Shown: positions 1-9,027, numbered from the stretch's first letter. The stretch is DNA of 32,000 bases from Sulfolobus acidocaldarius DSM 639 (GCF_000012285.1 NC_007181.1:390001-422000), one strand, 5' to 3'. The notes: a model not told the origin generated them from the letters alone. Numbers and translations: made by a program.

Positions 1-845
1 TTATCGCCATAAAGAACACCCAGTTCGTGAATAGCTATACCTACTGCAACTATATCTGCCGTAGAGCCAGGATTATATCCCCTAGAGACCAAATATTCAT
101 CTAAAATACTCACCAATTTTTCATTACTCAAACATTGGCAAGCCAGTTTTGATACTTCCATTGCTATTCTTCCACCGTTTCTCCTAAATATTAACCCATC
201 TGGTAATTCACATAAAACCTTTAAAAATCCCAATAGAATCCCTCTATCATACCCCTCCTGCTCAACAAGTTTTGCAACCCATAGAGAATATTTGTAGCCA
301 TCCAACATATTTCTAACTGCACTATCAAAGGCTGATATCTTGAGAATTTCAAATAGGGAAAGATTATCATCTTGCTCTCTATAATCATATGCCCTATCTA
401 ATTTACCCAAATAGCTTGGTTGCAATGTTTCCAGAGTCATCTTAAAATACCTAGATTCAATACTATCCAATGACCTAATTAGCTGTGTTGCTCTAAAAAT
501 AAGTTGACCAATGGAGTCAGCTGAAGAGGAAGAATATGCTAAGGGTAGAAGTTGCATAGCAGTACCTAATATGGAAAAATTAACTTGCAGTGTTTTACTA
601 ATTTTAGCCATCATGTACAAAAGATCATACAATGGCTTTTCCTGTGAGCTACCCCTTATACAAGCGGTTTTATAATAATTTGTTGAAAGTAATGCAGACT
701 GTACAAGGTCCGAGAACTTGACACCTTTAATATCTCTTGTTCTTGAAGCGTTTCCAGGTTTGTAATATGATGCTTCTAAGACAGTGGCGTTAGAAAGGAT
801 AAATGCTACTTTCTCACAATATTCTCCTAACTCTCCCTCCAACAT
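1..845 (-). CDS. Triphosphoribosyl-dephospho-CoA synthase (CitG)-like protein; 3' end runs off the window
   Basis: Not in the ORF track because it is incomplete. Hand translation of the minus strand from ATG 845..843 gives MLEGELGEYCEKVAFILSNATVLEAS..., a mid-section ...IRSLDSIESRYFKMTLETLQ..., and at the window edge ...KLVSILDEYLVSRGYNPGSTADIVAVGIAIHELGVLYGD. The NPG(S/T)TAD motif is recalled from the CitG/MdcB family. The start overlaps the upstream gene by 32 nt, which suggests an operon. Confidence 0.5.
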   Translation of the reverse strand, partial: MLEGELGEYCEKVAFILSNATVLEASYYKPGNASRTRDIKGVKFSDLVQSALLSTNYYKTACIRGSSQEKPLYDLLYMMAKISKTLQVNFSILGTAMQLLPLAYSSSSADSIGQLIFRATQLIRSLDSIESRYFKMTLETLQPSYLGKLDRAYDYREQDDNLSLFEILKISAFDSAVRNMLDGYKYSLWVAKLVEQEGYDRGILLGFLKVLCELPDGLIFRRNGGRIAMEVSKLACQCLSNEKLVSILDEYLVSRGYNPGSTADIVAVGIAIHELGVLYGD

Positions 846-1728
846 TTCTATCGCCCACTATTACTTGACTGGAATTTTCACATTTCACAAGTAAGCCATC
901 AACTTCTATTTTTCTCGAGGAGTATAATAGATAAGAATATATGCCCTCATATGAAACTAAATTGTCTACTTTTTCATCGCCTTCCACATGATACAGACTC
1001 ACTTTAGAAGGGTAAAATAATGCTTTACAATCAGGTTCTATTTCAGCCTTAATTTTAACTCTTTTATGAGTAGGAATGCACACATCTTCACAATATCTTT
1101 GAGGTTTATCATCTACAAATAAAATAGAATATTTTACGTTATTGTAATATTTGCCCCTAATTTTTCTAGTATATAATTTTTTAACTAAGTCTAATTCTAA
1201 GCCGTAATTCTTACTGGTTTCATAGATCCATTCCTCATCGTCATTGAAACCTTCAAAACTCTCAATCACATTCAATGATTCTTTGCATCCATATATTACG
1301 ATATCTAGATCAGAGAGTTCATGATAGGTGTTTGTAAGTAAACTGCCAGAGACTCCTAACCTAGATGTATGAATGTACTGAATTATTTCGAGGAGTGTAA
1401 GCTCTTGCTTACTCTGTGAGGGATGCTTTATTATTTCCCTTATTTTCTCTTCAGGCTTGAGGTGATTAGAAATTGCTGATTTTCTTAGTACGGGAAAGCT
1501 AACACCATAACAGCACTCATGGATAAACTCCTGCTTTACTTTTAGGACGTTATGAATCCCATAATATTTTAAAGCTCTCTCATATCCTTTCCATAATCCC
1601 TTACCAGTAAAAACGTACTTTAATATCGCGTAAATATATCCAAAGGGATTAATATTACTGTACACGTAGTATATGTTGTTATCCCTGTCTAGTACTAGAT
1701 CCTTGTCAAGGAAATAATCTCTTCCCAT
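814..1728 (-). CDS. Minimal nucleotidyltransferase (Pol-beta superfamily) protein with a C-terminal beta-rich (OB-like?) region
   Basis: 304-aa ORF. GVSGSLLTNTYHELSDLDIVIYG fits the G[SG]-x(9-12)-DxD nucleotidyltransferase signature. It overlaps both neighbouring genes. Confidence 0.6.
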   Translation of the reverse strand: MGRDYFLDKDLVLDRDNNIYYVYSNINPFGYIYAILKYVFTGKGLWKGYERALKYYGIHNVLKVKQEFIHECCYGVSFPVLRKSAISNHLKPEEKIREIIKHPSQSKQELTLLEIIQYIHTSRLGVSGSLLTNTYHELSDLDIVIYGCKESLNVIESFEGFNDDEEWIYETSKNYGLELDLVKKLYTRKIRGKYYNNVKYSILFVDDKPQRYCEDVCIPTHKRVKIKAEIEPDCKALFYPSKVSLYHVEGDEKVDNLVSYEGIYSYLLYSSRKIEVDGLLVKCENSSQVIVGDRNVGGRVRRIL

Positions 1729-2597
1729 CCCTTTAGCCTCACATGTGATAATGGAGTACCTGCACTTTTAAGGAAATCTATATATTTCCTGTAGATTCCA
1801 CCATAGAGAGAATTTGCTATATAAGCTGAACCTATGGCTGATTCTTTGAAAGGGAAAGAAAATTTCTTACCAAAATCTACATCCCACTTTCTCCTGCCAG
1901 AAACTATTATTGGGAGATCATATTTAGATGAATACCATTCAGAAATTATCCTGATTATTTCTACTCCTCTTTCCCAGTTACCTCCTGAATAAATTGTCTC
2001 CTTAGAAATTTTAGCGTACTTGCATAATAAGTATGCAATTTCTCCATCTAAGAAACCAGCAGAGGAGAAACCAGGTAGTATAGTCCCACCAAACCCATCT
2101 GTAATCTCGCCATTTTGAACTACCAGTATAGAGGAGAAATTAGAACCAATTTCTACTAGCACAAAATTATCGTACATTGTCCTGTAAAAAAACGCTGAGG
2201 CTACCTTATCTGCTGTTCCCATATCTATTACGTTTATCTTTCTATACACGGGTACTGAGTCTAGCTCTATTACTCCTGGAATTGTGAACCCATTGAAAAT
2301 ATATGCTTTTGAGGATCTTATAAAGTTCCTTAAGTGTCCCTCTTTCTCAGGGTCAGCAAGTGTTAATAGAAAAATTTCCTTTTCAGAGAGATCGGTAATT
2401 TTCTTAAACGGTAAGCCATGACCCGATGGCATTGCAACGGCTACAGGTCTTTCGTCTAACAAATATCTAAGTAAAGAATAAGAAGCTTGCTTCACTAGGT
2501 CTGTAGGTATCTCAATTTTCCTGGAAATATTTCCGGTTTCGGTTACAGATATGGCTTCATAAGTCCTACTCCCGGGGTCAATTCCAGTAAAAATCAT
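1695..2597 (-). CDS. ASKHA-fold (acetate/sugar kinase-Hsp70-actin) protein, DUF1464/predicted butyrate-kinase-like
   Basis: 300-aa ORF. The N-terminal MIFTGIDPGSRT resembles phosphate-1 (DxG) and VLVEIGSNFSSILVVQNGEI resembles phosphate-2. The family name is from memory only. Confidence 0.5.
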   Translation of the reverse strand: MIFTGIDPGSRTYEAISVTETGNISRKIEIPTDLVKQASYSLLRYLLDERPVAVAMPSGHGLPFKKITDLSEKEIFLLTLADPEKEGHLRNFIRSSKAYIFNGFTIPGVIELDSVPVYRKINVIDMGTADKVASAFFYRTMYDNFVLVEIGSNFSSILVVQNGEITDGFGGTILPGFSSAGFLDGEIAYLLCKYAKISKETIYSGGNWERGVEIIRIISEWYSSKYDLPIIVSGRRKWDVDFGKKFSFPFKESAIGSAYIANSLYGGIYRKYIDFLKSAGTPLSHVRLKGWEEIISLTRI

Positions 2598-3118
2598 GAT
2601 ACTTCTTGTATTTTTACCACCAACACGTCCTTAATAATCCTTAGTTTCAAATTAAGTTCCGATGCCACAATGTTAAATAGTTGTTCAAAATATTTTGCTT
2701 GCTCTTCACTGTTAAACATCACATTAACCAGCTCAGGGTCTTTACCATGAAGATTTAGGAAAACCACCTTACCATCTAGCAGTTTCGCTATAATATTAAG
2801 TATAAAGATGAATTCTGGTCTCTTTGAATCTACAATTCCCTCCGATTTAAGGTAATTGGAAATACTAATTCCTATTAACTTAGGATCATATTTCTGGAAC
2901 TCTATTTTTATAAAATCCCTGATGATAACATAAAATTTAATCTCTTCCATGAAGAAATTCATATTATCTATTCCTATTTTTTCGTAAACTTTCTCCAATA
3001 GATCAATTGAATAGTTAGTAAGTTCATAAATAGATTTACCTGTAACTGTTGATAAATTTCTAATAAATTGATATTTCTCGTCAGACATAAAGCAAGGTCG
3101 TCTACCCATTATATACAT
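2594..3118 (-). CDS. Hypothetical protein (operon member)
   Basis: 174-aa ORF with a 4-nt overlap with the downstream gene. No motif recognised. Confidence 0.6.
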   Translation of the reverse strand: MYIMGRRPCFMSDEKYQFIRNLSTVTGKSIYELTNYSIDLLEKVYEKIGIDNMNFFMEEIKFYVIIRDFIKIEFQKYDPKLIGISISNYLKSEGIVDSKRPEFIFILNIIAKLLDGKVVFLNLHGKDPELVNVMFNSEEQAKYFEQLFNIVASELNLKLRIIKDVLVVKIQEVS

Positions 3119-3158
3119 TACGGTTAATTCAATTATAAAAGATTTATCAATATAGAAC

Positions 3159-3815
3159 TTATATTCTTTTTACTACTATCTTAATCAATTGTTCACTAGC
3201 AGATTTACCAATTATCTCAAAATTTAATTGGTAGAAAAAGCTTTCTAAAGCATCTAATAATATATCATTCAAGTCCTTCGTCGCCCCCTGAATACTTATA
3301 GCCAAATCAAAGTTTGAACCATTTTTTGACACAATAACAATGGGATTGAGCCTAGATATGTAAGGACCAAATTTTATAATAGTTTCTAAATCCTTCTCAG
3401 TTTCTATAACGTAATTCATGTTCTTTAGTATCCTCGAGTAGTTAAGAATCGACAGCTTCATCGATTGATGTATATAATCTCTCAACTGTTGGTTACTCTT
3501 CAATAACTCATTTACAGAAGTCAAAGGTATTGGAATATTACCGCCTGGTGCATTTTCAGACGTGTAGGAAAAGTAAACTAAGGATATGAAATTAAACACT
3601 TCCGCGTCCTTAGATATTTTTAGAATGTCTACTACGTTCCATAAAATTTCCTCTAGTCCTTCTTTCCACCTATCCTCTGCCCTAAAATTTCCATCCAAAG
3701 AAGTTGATCTAATAATCATCAATCTCAATAACTCAGATCTCAAAGTATCTATCAATTCCTCTGATAACGGAACAACTTTCTTACTCTTTTTTCTCTCTTC
3801 CGCTCTCTTTACCAC
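3159..3815 (-). CDS. Hypothetical protein (first gene of the minus-strand operon)
   Basis: 218-aa ORF with normal composition. An AT-rich promoter region lies upstream (3816-4100). Confidence 0.6.
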   Translation of the reverse strand: MVKRAEERKKSKKVVPLSEELIDTLRSELLRLMIIRSTSLDGNFRAEDRWKEGLEEILWNVVDILKISKDAEVFNFISLVYFSYTSENAPGGNIPIPLTSVNELLKSNQQLRDYIHQSMKLSILNYSRILKNMNYVIETEKDLETIIKFGPYISRLNPIVIVSKNGSNFDLAISIQGATKDLNDILLDALESFFYQLNFEIIGKSASEQLIKIVVKRI

Positions 3816-4109
3816 AAAAATAGATTCGGGTTATGATATATATGTTCTCTATCAGTGGCTGCCCACAAAATTAGATGTCACTAATCCATTCGGCTCTTTG
3901 TCATCATCAAGCATATATCATCACAAAATTATTTAAATTAAACCTAGTAGGCAGAACAAACTAAAATTACCTGATAAATTCGAAGTTCCCATACTTAATT
4001 AAGATAATGATTGATACAAATTGTAACAACACTATAATGTAGAAGAAAACCTACATTTGAATACTTATACGACTATTACGTAAGAAATACTACTATCGAA
4101 TACATAATA

Positions 4110-4484
4110 CTATAATGTTATAATATTTATTCCAATAATTTTCTTTATATCCTCAAAGTCTTTATCATAGGTTATCAAAACCTCATTATTAGACTTGACA
4201 ATAGAAGCTATTAGAACATCGATATCTTCCTTTATTTTGCCCCGTGAAGCGAGTTCTCGATATATATCTGATGCAATTGAAGCTTCTCTAGCTGTGAAAG
4301 GATATATAACCATTTTTTCAATATGCTCTCTAACCTTATATCCAAACTTAGATCTTAGAATCTCATAGACGTTAAATACCGTTGTAGCTATCGTATCTTC
4401 GAACTCCTCAACTACTTTAAATGTGTTTTTGTCTCCTCTCATTACTCTTATTATCACATTGGAGTCAAGTATCACCATTTTCAA
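4110..4484 (-). CDS. vapC: PIN-domain ribonuclease toxin VapC
   Basis: MKMVILDSNVII (first acidic residue), YEIL (Glu), DVLIAS and TYDKDF (third and fourth Asp). Typical length of 124 aa. Confidence 0.85.
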   Translation of the reverse strand: MKMVILDSNVIIRVMRGDKNTFKVVEEFEDTIATTVFNVYEILRSKFGYKVREHIEKMVIYPFTAREASIASDIYRELASRGKIKEDIDVLIASIVKSNNEVLITYDKDFEDIKKIIGINIITL

Positions 4485-4713
4485 CAGCCCTAAACCTAAA
4501 ACTCTTTCTGATATTCAGTGTCTCACTAGCCATCTCCGTAGCCTCCTCTTCATTAAGAATTCCAAACATTTGGAGTAAAACATCCTTATTCCCCTTTCTA
4601 TTCTTGTTATAGAACTCAATTAGCTCATTTATAGTTTCACTGAATGACCTACCCTTCTTTAATTTCGATAATTTATCATAAACATCATCTGATATTGTAA
4701 TGACTTTAGGCAT
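4465..4713 (-). CDS. vapB: VapB-type antitoxin (DUF217-like)
   Basis: MPKVITISDDVYDKLSKLKKGRSFSETINELI matches the recalled archaeal VapB/DUF217 N-terminus. I start it at the internal Met (4713), not at the track start 4737. It overlaps vapC by 20 nt. Confidence 0.75.
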   Translation of the reverse strand: MPKVITISDDVYDKLSKLKKGRSFSETINELIEFYNKNRKGNKDVLLQMFGILNEEEATEMASETLNIRKSFRFRAVENGDT

Positions 4714-4869
4714 AAATATATTTATGCATGCATACATATATTAGCTTTCGCCTAAAGTAAACTACGGCCACTCTACTGTGTAGCAACAAAATTCTCTACT
4801 AGAGAGGGATTAATAGCAATACATATTTATCAACGTATTTATGAGAAAAGTTTTAGAGCTTATTATTAC

Positions 4870-4913
4870 CTGACTTCCTCTCCCGCCTTGAAAGGCGAGG
4901 CTTTCCTCATCTT
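4870..4913 (-). repeat. Hairpin unit of the IS200/IS605 (tnpB) end family (PATE/REP-like)
   Basis: ctgacttcctctcccgccttgaaaggcgaggctttcctcatctt. The LE side is followed by gtaa (TTAC on the unit strand). Confidence 0.7.
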
Positions 4914-5063
4914 GTAAACAGGCTAAAGGAAGCCTTTGCTCGATATACTGGTTAGAACTATTTCAGATCATTAAACGTCAATCTTAATTGGTAGTTTAAG
5001 AGTCGAATTTATTAATGAAATGTTTGGCCTACAATAAATTTATGAAGAGAATGTACAACTTAT

Positions 5064-5393
5064 TTATATCCAAACCTTTAACATAGCTTTAAATATCCCT
5101 TCTGAAATTTTATGATTTAGATTACGCCGCGGTAGTATAGCCCGGTCAAGTGTAATGCGCCGATAGTATGCGGGCCTTTCGAGCCCGTGACCCGGGTTCA
5201 AATCCCGGCCGCGGCACTTTAAGGTTATGAGGTTTCCCCCTAATACCCCCATATACGTTTCTATGATCTTTTCTAAAGGACCTATGTAATTGTGCCTTTC
5301 CTTACCATCTTGGCCCTTCTCTATATTATAGACATAATACTTTCCCTTAATCTCTTTAATATAGAATTTAGAACTAATGTAAAAGTTAGGCAT
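5064..5393 (-). pseudogene. N-terminal fragment Int(N) of a partitioned SSV-type integrase, reading antisense through the tRNA
   Basis: MPNFYISSKFYIKEIKGKYYVYNIEKGQDGKERHNYIGPLEKIIETYMG resembles the recalled SSV1 integrase N-terminus (RKGRYYVYK...ERYVGPLADVVESY). Beyond residue ~60 the ORF is just the antisense translation of the tRNA (RDLNPGHGLERP). A TATA-like tttataa at 5420-5426 sits ~27-33 nt upstream of the ATG. Confidence 0.65.
5126..5216 (+). tRNA. tRNA-Glu (anticodon UUC) with a 16-nt insert (putative non-canonical intron) in the D-arm
   Basis: The acceptor stem GCCGCGG/CCGCGGC is perfect. The T-arm is CCGGG-TTCAAAT-CCCGG. The anticodon arm is CGGGC-CTTTCGA-GCCCG, with anticodon TTC at 5178-5180. 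Removing 5150-5165 (gtgtaatgcgccgata) leaves a 75-nt cloverleaf. A TATA-like tttaaata lies ~35 nt upstream. Confidence 0.85.
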
Positions 5394-5531
5394 CCTATTA
5401 CGATATTTTTCACCAAAATTTATAAGCTATTCTAACTAGAGGATCTTCTCTAGAATTGAAACAACACGTAAAGGATTCCTCGTTAGTAATACTAATAAAA
5501 TGGTATTATCAACATTACAATTTTTATTAAG

Positions 5532-5547
5532 TTAACTGGGGAGTTAA
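5532..5547. repeat. Solo copy of the MITE terminal motif TTAACTGGGGAGTTAA
   Basis: Same core as the termini of the MITEs at 13484-13809 and 20773-21165. Confidence 0.5.
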
Positions 5548-5688
5548 TTGAAAAATTTGTGTATAGTAGATGAGCCTCATTTTATGAAGAATGGAGGAGG
5601 CTGCATTTTGGTGTTACCACAATATTGCATGTAAAAAATTAATTGTAGGTTTTGACTAAGGATAATAGAAGGGGGTAAGAGGAAGACT

Positions 5689-7623
5689 ATGTCTGCTAAA
5701 AATGATTCGGAAAGTAGGGTAAATAAAAGTTTCGATTCAACTCAACAACCTAACATATCCGAACAAGCTGGAAGTATTGCGCCTCAGCAAACTTCTGATT
5801 CATCTGCACCTCAGCAAGCTCAACAGAGTAATATTCCTTCACAGCCTTCTAATCAAGCCTCAGTTCAACAGGTGAGCCAGTCTCAACAACAAACTTACTA
5901 TATCGGAAAGGTCATAATTTCAAAAGATACTCCAGCGAAACATAACGAGTTTTGGGTATGGACAAAATCCCATATAGACATTGAGGTAGGCTCATCCTTC
6001 GTAATAGTTGAGGATCCTTCAGCTAGCAATAGAAAATATATTGTGGGTTTAGTAGTTGACTCAATGACAATGTCTACTTCTGAGAACGGTATTGCAGAAT
6101 ATTTTAGTAGTGGAGTTGGGGAACCTTTAATTAACCCGCCCATTGAACCAAGAGTGATTACTTTTTATAAGGTCAGAGTCATAAGTAGGGAACCTTCTAT
6201 AACTAAACCAGCAGAATCTAGAATGTTAGTGAGATTAGCTAGTCAAAATGACATAGATAGATTAAATTCCATCATAAAGCCTGAATATAGAGTTTTAGCA
6301 GGGTTTTTATACAATTTCACTAATCCATTAGATTCAAACAGCTGGATACCTATTTACTTTGACTCAACTTATCTTGCGGGTAAGCAAGGGGCTCATGTTA
6401 TGATAACAGGTAAAACAGGCTTAGCTACCAAAACCAGCTACGCGTTATTTTTAATACCTAATTTCCTACAACATGCCAAAATGAATAATAAAAGAGTCGC
6501 GGCAGTTCTTTTCAACGTAAAACAATGCGACCTATTTAACTTACACAATCTATTATTGTATAAAGATTGGGACTCATTATATAGTACAATCAAAAATTTG
6601 TTCGGTAATAGAACTGATCTTGCTGAATATAATATTGGAATGTGGAAAAGAATCAAAGAATTATATAATTTAAGTAAACCCAGTGATCTTATTCCAAAGG
6701 ATTCCAGTGGAAGACCTATGTTATATTATTATACTTATGCTGGTGATAATATATGCAGTTCTCAAATCTCTAATGCTGCGAATATACTTTTACAACAAAC
6801 AATTCCGACTTATTCCTATGGCCTAATGGACTTAGGAATACCTGAATTAATTACCGCTCTTTCGAACGGAAAATACGATACTATGAGTGAGCCACAAAGG
6901 GTCGCTATAAGTCTTTTAGCTAGGAAGGTAATTCCAGAATTGAAAGAAGAAATAAGCTTTGATAAATTATTAAATGATGCAAACAAGCAGCGTAGTATTT
7001 TTATGAAACTACTTACTAATAATGTAGATGAACGCACTGTTCCCGTTATAATAAGGTATCTAATAGATTTTGTAGGAACAAACAGAAATATAGGATTAGA
7101 ATTACAAAATGCTCATGGAAACCCAATAAAAGATACGAATATTCATGAAGGTATTAACATAATTCAGTTAAATGGCTTGTCCGACACAATGCAAAATATA
7201 GTGTTCAGCTCGGTACTGCGAACTTTAATGAACATTCAACAAGATCAAAATAATAATAGAAGATTCGACTATATCATCGTATTTGTAGATGAACTAAACA
7301 AGTTCGCTCCTAAAAGAGGCGAATCGCCTATTAAAGATCTTATAGTTGATATCGCAGCAAGAGCTAGAAGTCTAAATATAGGTTTGATCGGAGCGCAGCA
7401 GTTTGCGTCACGGATAGAAACACAGGTATATGGAAATGCGTCGACTTATGTAGTAGGAAATACAGATGCAGCAGAACTTAAAGAAGATGAATACAAAGCA
7501 TTTTCAGACTTTAAGGACATGATTTACCAATTACAGAAAGGCCAAATGGTCATTTATCAGCCGTCAACCTTTATCTCACCTATTAAGATAAGGTTTCCAG
7601 TAATTCCCTATGATGTAAGCTAA
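5689..7623 (+). CDS. HerA/DUF87-like (FtsK-HerA clade) ATPase with a Q/S-rich disordered N-terminus
   Basis: 644 aa. Walker B is IIVFVDELNKF. A P-loop-like ITGKTGLATKTS deviates from GxxxxGK[ST]. A barrel-like segment YIGKVIISKD...IVGLVVD lies N-terminal to the ATPase, as HerA HAS-barrels do. Residues 1-70 are S/Q/P-rich. Confidence 0.6.
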   Translation: MSAKNDSESRVNKSFDSTQQPNISEQAGSIAPQQTSDSSAPQQAQQSNIPSQPSNQASVQQVSQSQQQTYYIGKVIISKDTPAKHNEFWVWTKSHIDIEVGSSFVIVEDPSASNRKYIVGLVVDSMTMSTSENGIAEYFSSGVGEPLINPPIEPRVITFYKVRVISREPSITKPAESRMLVRLASQNDIDRLNSIIKPEYRVLAGFLYNFTNPLDSNSWIPIYFDSTYLAGKQGAHVMITGKTGLATKTSYALFLIPNFLQHAKMNNKRVAAVLFNVKQCDLFNLHNLLLYKDWDSLYSTIKNLFGNRTDLAEYNIGMWKRIKELYNLSKPSDLIPKDSSGRPMLYYYTYAGDNICSSQISNAANILLQQTIPTYSYGLMDLGIPELITALSNGKYDTMSEPQRVAISLLARKVIPELKEEISFDKLLNDANKQRSIFMKLLTNNVDERTVPVIIRYLIDFVGTNRNIGLELQNAHGNPIKDTNIHEGINIIQLNGLSDTMQNIVFSSVLRTLMNIQQDQNNNRRFDYIIVFVDELNKFAPKRGESPIKDLIVDIAARARSLNIGLIGAQQFASRIETQVYGNASTYVVGNTDAAELKEDEYKAFSDFKDMIYQLQKGQMVIYQPSTFISPIKIRFPVIPYDVS

Positions 7624-7637
7624 CATTAGGTGAAAGA

Positions 7638-9005
7638 ATGAGTGAGAATGAAAACGATCTGAAAGAATGGTTAAAGGGAAACCAAAGTGTTAAGCTCTCA
7701 GTTCAAGGATTTTCGGATGATGATCCCGAAGAAGAGATAGTAGGTACCGAAAACGTATCTTTAGATGACAGCGACTCCTTAAATCTTCAAATTCAGCTAA
7801 AATATCCTCTACCTCAAGCGACTAATAATGATCTAATATTTATCGATGGTACTAGTAGATATAGAGTGATAGGAAGTTTTAAGGCTAATAATGTCTTAGT
7901 TCCTATCGTATTCGGGAATATTATCGCGGGTGCAATGAGATTAGATGCTGGAAATAAAACATTAAGACCCTTAAAAGTGAAAATATTAAAAGTTGTTCTC
8001 TTCCCTAAGAAGACTATAGAAGACTACCAGTCAGCTATAATACCGCTACCGCCCAATATACCGATAATAGAAGATAATAGTTCTACGAAGTTCATGAATT
8101 TTAGTAATAATCTTGTTGATACATTTATACGAATTTCAGATATATCATATACACTTGGTGAAAATGAAAGCGGACAACACAGACAACTAATTTATAGAGA
8201 AGATTTGATTTCATCAGGGAAGATAAGACAAGTCGCCAGAAATAGAGTTAAAGAATTAATGAGGGTCTTAGAGTTATCATTATTATATGAATTAAGGCAG
8301 CTTTACAAAGACAGCCTAATTTTAATGGACGGTCCTATAGGTCCTTTAATTAAGTATGCTGGACTCGTAGATATTTATCTTAGAGAAGTAGTGAGGTTAA
8401 GAGATAATGACTCTAATAATATAGAGAAGGCATATGATCTGCTTCATAATGTTATAGGTGTAGTTAAGAAGGTGGTCAAAGTTCCTGTATCATTAATTGA
8501 TGCTATTTCTAGTGGTAATTTGCCTAAAATATATAGATGGAATAAAGTTATAGACGATGGTATAGACGCCGAAGGGAAGGAAGACTCCTATTTAACTAGT
8601 TATATACTTAGTGCTTTTTTAAAACTAAGAGAAGAGTTACAAAACGAGAACTTTCCCGCGTTCTCAAATTTATCTGGATTAATAAGAGTCGATATTCCTT
8701 TAGCATCTATCATAGATAAAAGTGAGTGGATTAGTTTCTTCAGCTACACTCAAATAAAGGATAGCGATGATAAGGGGAATATTATACTTACTGATTATGG
8801 TAGGCAAAAAATATACGACTTAGTTGTAAAAGGTGGCAAAAAACTAGAGGAGCTATTAAATATAGTATACAGTTTCAAATATCCGATACCAAGCTCCTCC
8901 CCATACAGAAATTTAGTAGAACTTTATCCAATAAAGGAAGTAGAAGACTGGATGAAATCTCATTTAATGAGCAAATATGAGATGGCATCATATGTATATT
9001 CTTAA
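7638..9005 (+). CDS. NurA-like nuclease domain protein
   Basis: 455 aa, beginning 14 nt after the ATPase stop. LIFIDGTSRY, LILMDGPIGPLI and VIGVVKKVVKV resemble the recalled NurA motifs (xDGS, xDGSL, GvsK). Confidence 0.5.
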   Translation: MSENENDLKEWLKGNQSVKLSVQGFSDDDPEEEIVGTENVSLDDSDSLNLQIQLKYPLPQATNNDLIFIDGTSRYRVIGSFKANNVLVPIVFGNIIAGAMRLDAGNKTLRPLKVKILKVVLFPKKTIEDYQSAIIPLPPNIPIIEDNSSTKFMNFSNNLVDTFIRISDISYTLGENESGQHRQLIYREDLISSGKIRQVARNRVKELMRVLELSLLYELRQLYKDSLILMDGPIGPLIKYAGLVDIYLREVVRLRDNDSNNIEKAYDLLHNVIGVVKKVVKVPVSLIDAISSGNLPKIYRWNKVIDDGIDAEGKEDSYLTSYILSAFLKLREELQNENFPAFSNLSGLIRVDIPLASIIDKSEWISFFSYTQIKDSDDKGNIILTDYGRQKIYDLVVKGGKKLEELLNIVYSFKYPIPSSSPYRNLVELYPIKEVEDWMKSHLMSKYEMASYVYS

Positions 9006-9027
9006 CCTCCCGTTTGTCCCCACACTG

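Noticed and set aside
3885-3935. C-box-like motifs on the minus strand (GTGATGA and TGATGA within gtgatgatatatgcttgatgatgac) suggested a second C/D box sRNA.
   Set aside because: There is no CUGA D or D' box at a compatible distance, no terminal stem and no GC enrichment. The region is the promoter and leader of the gene starting at 3815.
5692-5900. The Q/S-rich N-terminal coding region of the HerA-like gene was considered as a DNA-level tandem repeat or an expansion-prone microsatellite.
   Set aside because: The codons are heterogeneous (caa, cag, tca, tct and agc mixed) and no repeating nucleotide unit is visible. It is protein-level low complexity only.
5689-7623. An alternative reading of the 644-aa ATPase is a VirB4/TrbE-type conjugation ATPase, since Sulfolobus conjugative plasmids encode a ~630-aa TrbE-like protein.
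   Set aside because: It is not adopted as the primary call. No TraG-like gene or cluster of multi-TM mating-pore genes is adjacent, and the coupled downstream gene looks NurA-like. It cannot be excluded without a profile search.
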